A stretch of 64,000 nt of DNA from Alphaproteobacteria bacterium (GTDB taxonomy: Bacteria > Pseudomonadota > Alphaproteobacteria > UBA828), in contig CBDCQT010000011.1 of the NCBI GenBank assembly GCA_965220745.1, positions 96,001 through 160,000 of the forward strand, read 5' to 3'. Both the position numbers and the translations under genes were made by a program. Within the stretch, counting starts at the first letter, position 1. Every line of letters begins with the position of its first letter. Below, piece after piece: positions 62,855 to 64,000 of this stretch. A model generated the notes under the pieces. The model worked only from the letters and a program-made list of their open reading frames with translations, did not search any database and was not told the DNA's origin.

Positions 62855-64000
62855 TCGAGGCCCTGGTCACGCCGCGCAGTTATCGCTGTGCCAGCGTGCT
62901 TGCCACGCCGGTCGTCCACGCCTGGCTTGCCCATCGGCGGCGCCAAGGTAAGGAGGACCATGCCCGCTTCGGTGAGCGGCTCGGCCGGCCCGGCCTACCG
63001 AGGCCCGAGGGGCGGCTACTCTGGATGCACGCAGTAAGCGTCGGCGAGAGCCTGTCTCTGCTGCCGCTGGTCGACCACGTGCACGAGGCGCTTCCTGACG
63101 TTCACGTCCTGATCACTTCCGGCACCGTCACCTCGGAGCGGCTGCTGCGCGAGCGCATTCCAGACGGCGTGTGTCACCAATTTGTGCCGGTAGACCGGCC
63201 GGGAGCGGTCCGACGCTTCATCCAGCACTGGCGACCGGAGCTGGCAGTCTGGGTGGAATCCGAGCTTTGGCCCAACCTCATCCTGGAGACCGCCGGGCGC
63301 GACATCCCCATGCTACTCGTCAACGCACGCATGTCCGCTCGTTCTGCCGAGCGTTGGCGGCGGGCGCCGCACTTATGCCAACCCCTGCTCGAGGCTTTCG
63401 CCGGCGTCATGGCGCAGACGGAGACGGATGCGGTGCGCTTTCGCGCGCTCGGTGCGCGAAACGTCGAGGTTCGCGGAAACCTCAAGCACGACGCGCCGCC
63501 GCTGCCGGCGGATGCGCAGGACGTGGCGGCCCTCACACGAGCCATCGGCGGCCGGCCCTGCTGGGCGGCAACGAGCACCCACGAGGGCGAGGAGGAAGCC
63601 GTCGGCGAGGCGGTCTGCGCCTTGCGTCGAACCTTCCCTGATCTGCTCACGATCCTTGCGCCGCGTCACCCGGAGCGAGGCACATCCGTTACTGAGATGC
63701 TGGAGCGCCGCGGCCTCGTCACCGCCCGGCGCTCGGCGAGCAGCGCGATTACGCCAGCGACCGCAGTCTATCTTGTTGATACGCTGGGCGAACTCGGCTT
63801 GGTCTACCGTCTCGCCGGCATCGCCTTCGTGGGTGGCTCGCTGGCGCCCCATGGCGGGCACAACCCGCTAGAGCCGGCACGGCTCGATTGCGCACTCATT
63901 GCGGGCCCGTACACGGAGAATTTTGCCGAGGCATATGCCGCGCTGGAGGATGCCGGTGCACTCGACCGAGTGGGCGACGCGGATGCGCTCGCGGGCGCAG
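62851..64000 (+). CDS. waaA: Kdo transferase, truncated by the window edge
   Basis: Manual translation from ATG 62851 gives GKED..RFGERLG, WMHAVSVGE, ESELWPN, NARMS, GNLK, STHEGEE, PRHPER, DTLGEL, GGHNPLEPA. Confidence 0.93.
   Translation, partial: MIEALVTPRSYRCASVLATPVVHAWLAHRRRQGKEDHARFGERLGRPGLPRPEGRLLWMHAVSVGESLSLLPLVDHVHEALPDVHVLITSGTVTSERLLRERIPDGVCHQFVPVDRPGAVRRFIQHWRPELAVWVESELWPNLILETAGRDIPMLLVNARMSARSAERWRRAPHLCQPLLEAFAGVMAQTETDAVRFRALGARNVEVRGNLKHDAPPLPADAQDVAALTRAIGGRPCWAATSTHEGEEEAVGEAVCALRRTFPDLLTILAPRHPERGTSVTEMLERRGLVTARRSASSAITPATAVYLVDTLGELGLVYRLAGIAFVGGSLAPHGGHNPLEPARLDCALIAGPYTENFAEAYAALEDAGALDRVGDADALAGA

Overview
GC-rich, densely coding chromosomal segment, most likely from an alphaproteobacterium. 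This is an inference from the pmbA-msbA-DUF374-waaA, ubiK-DUF1244-mobA, cysK-alaX-sseA and galU-ugd-pmm synteny. I see about 60 CDSs and no rRNA, tRNA, CRISPR array, integrase or transposase. Housekeeping blocks cover LPS, nucleotide sugars, methylmalonyl-CoA mutase/MeaB, acyl-CoA metabolism and sulfur metabolism. They are interspersed with catabolic modules and two small toxin-antitoxin islets (vapBC, higBA). The strongest candidate for an undescribed system is a corrinoid methyl-transfer operon at 7029-12989. It encodes an MtaA/CmuA-type Zn methyltransferase, a corrinoid protein, a RACo-type ASKHA activator and an AcsE-type pterin methyltransferase. It also has three unexplained parts: a lead protein with a duplicated FACGxxH module, a four-Cys domain fused to the activator, and an insert in the pterin-binding enzyme. 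Other leads: (1) a Gfo/Idh/MocA-NagB-ROK operon coupled to tandem Baeyer-Villiger monooxygenases; (2) an OprI/Lpp-like lipoprotein ending in Lys next to an L,D-transpeptidase; (3) a MoaD/ThiS protein with a masked Gly-Gly end; (4) an enolase-family protein lacking its catalytic Lys; (5) a glutaredoxin-DinB fusion; (6) a possible ~285-nt structured intergenic RNA. All family calls come from motif recognition by eye; no database search was run.
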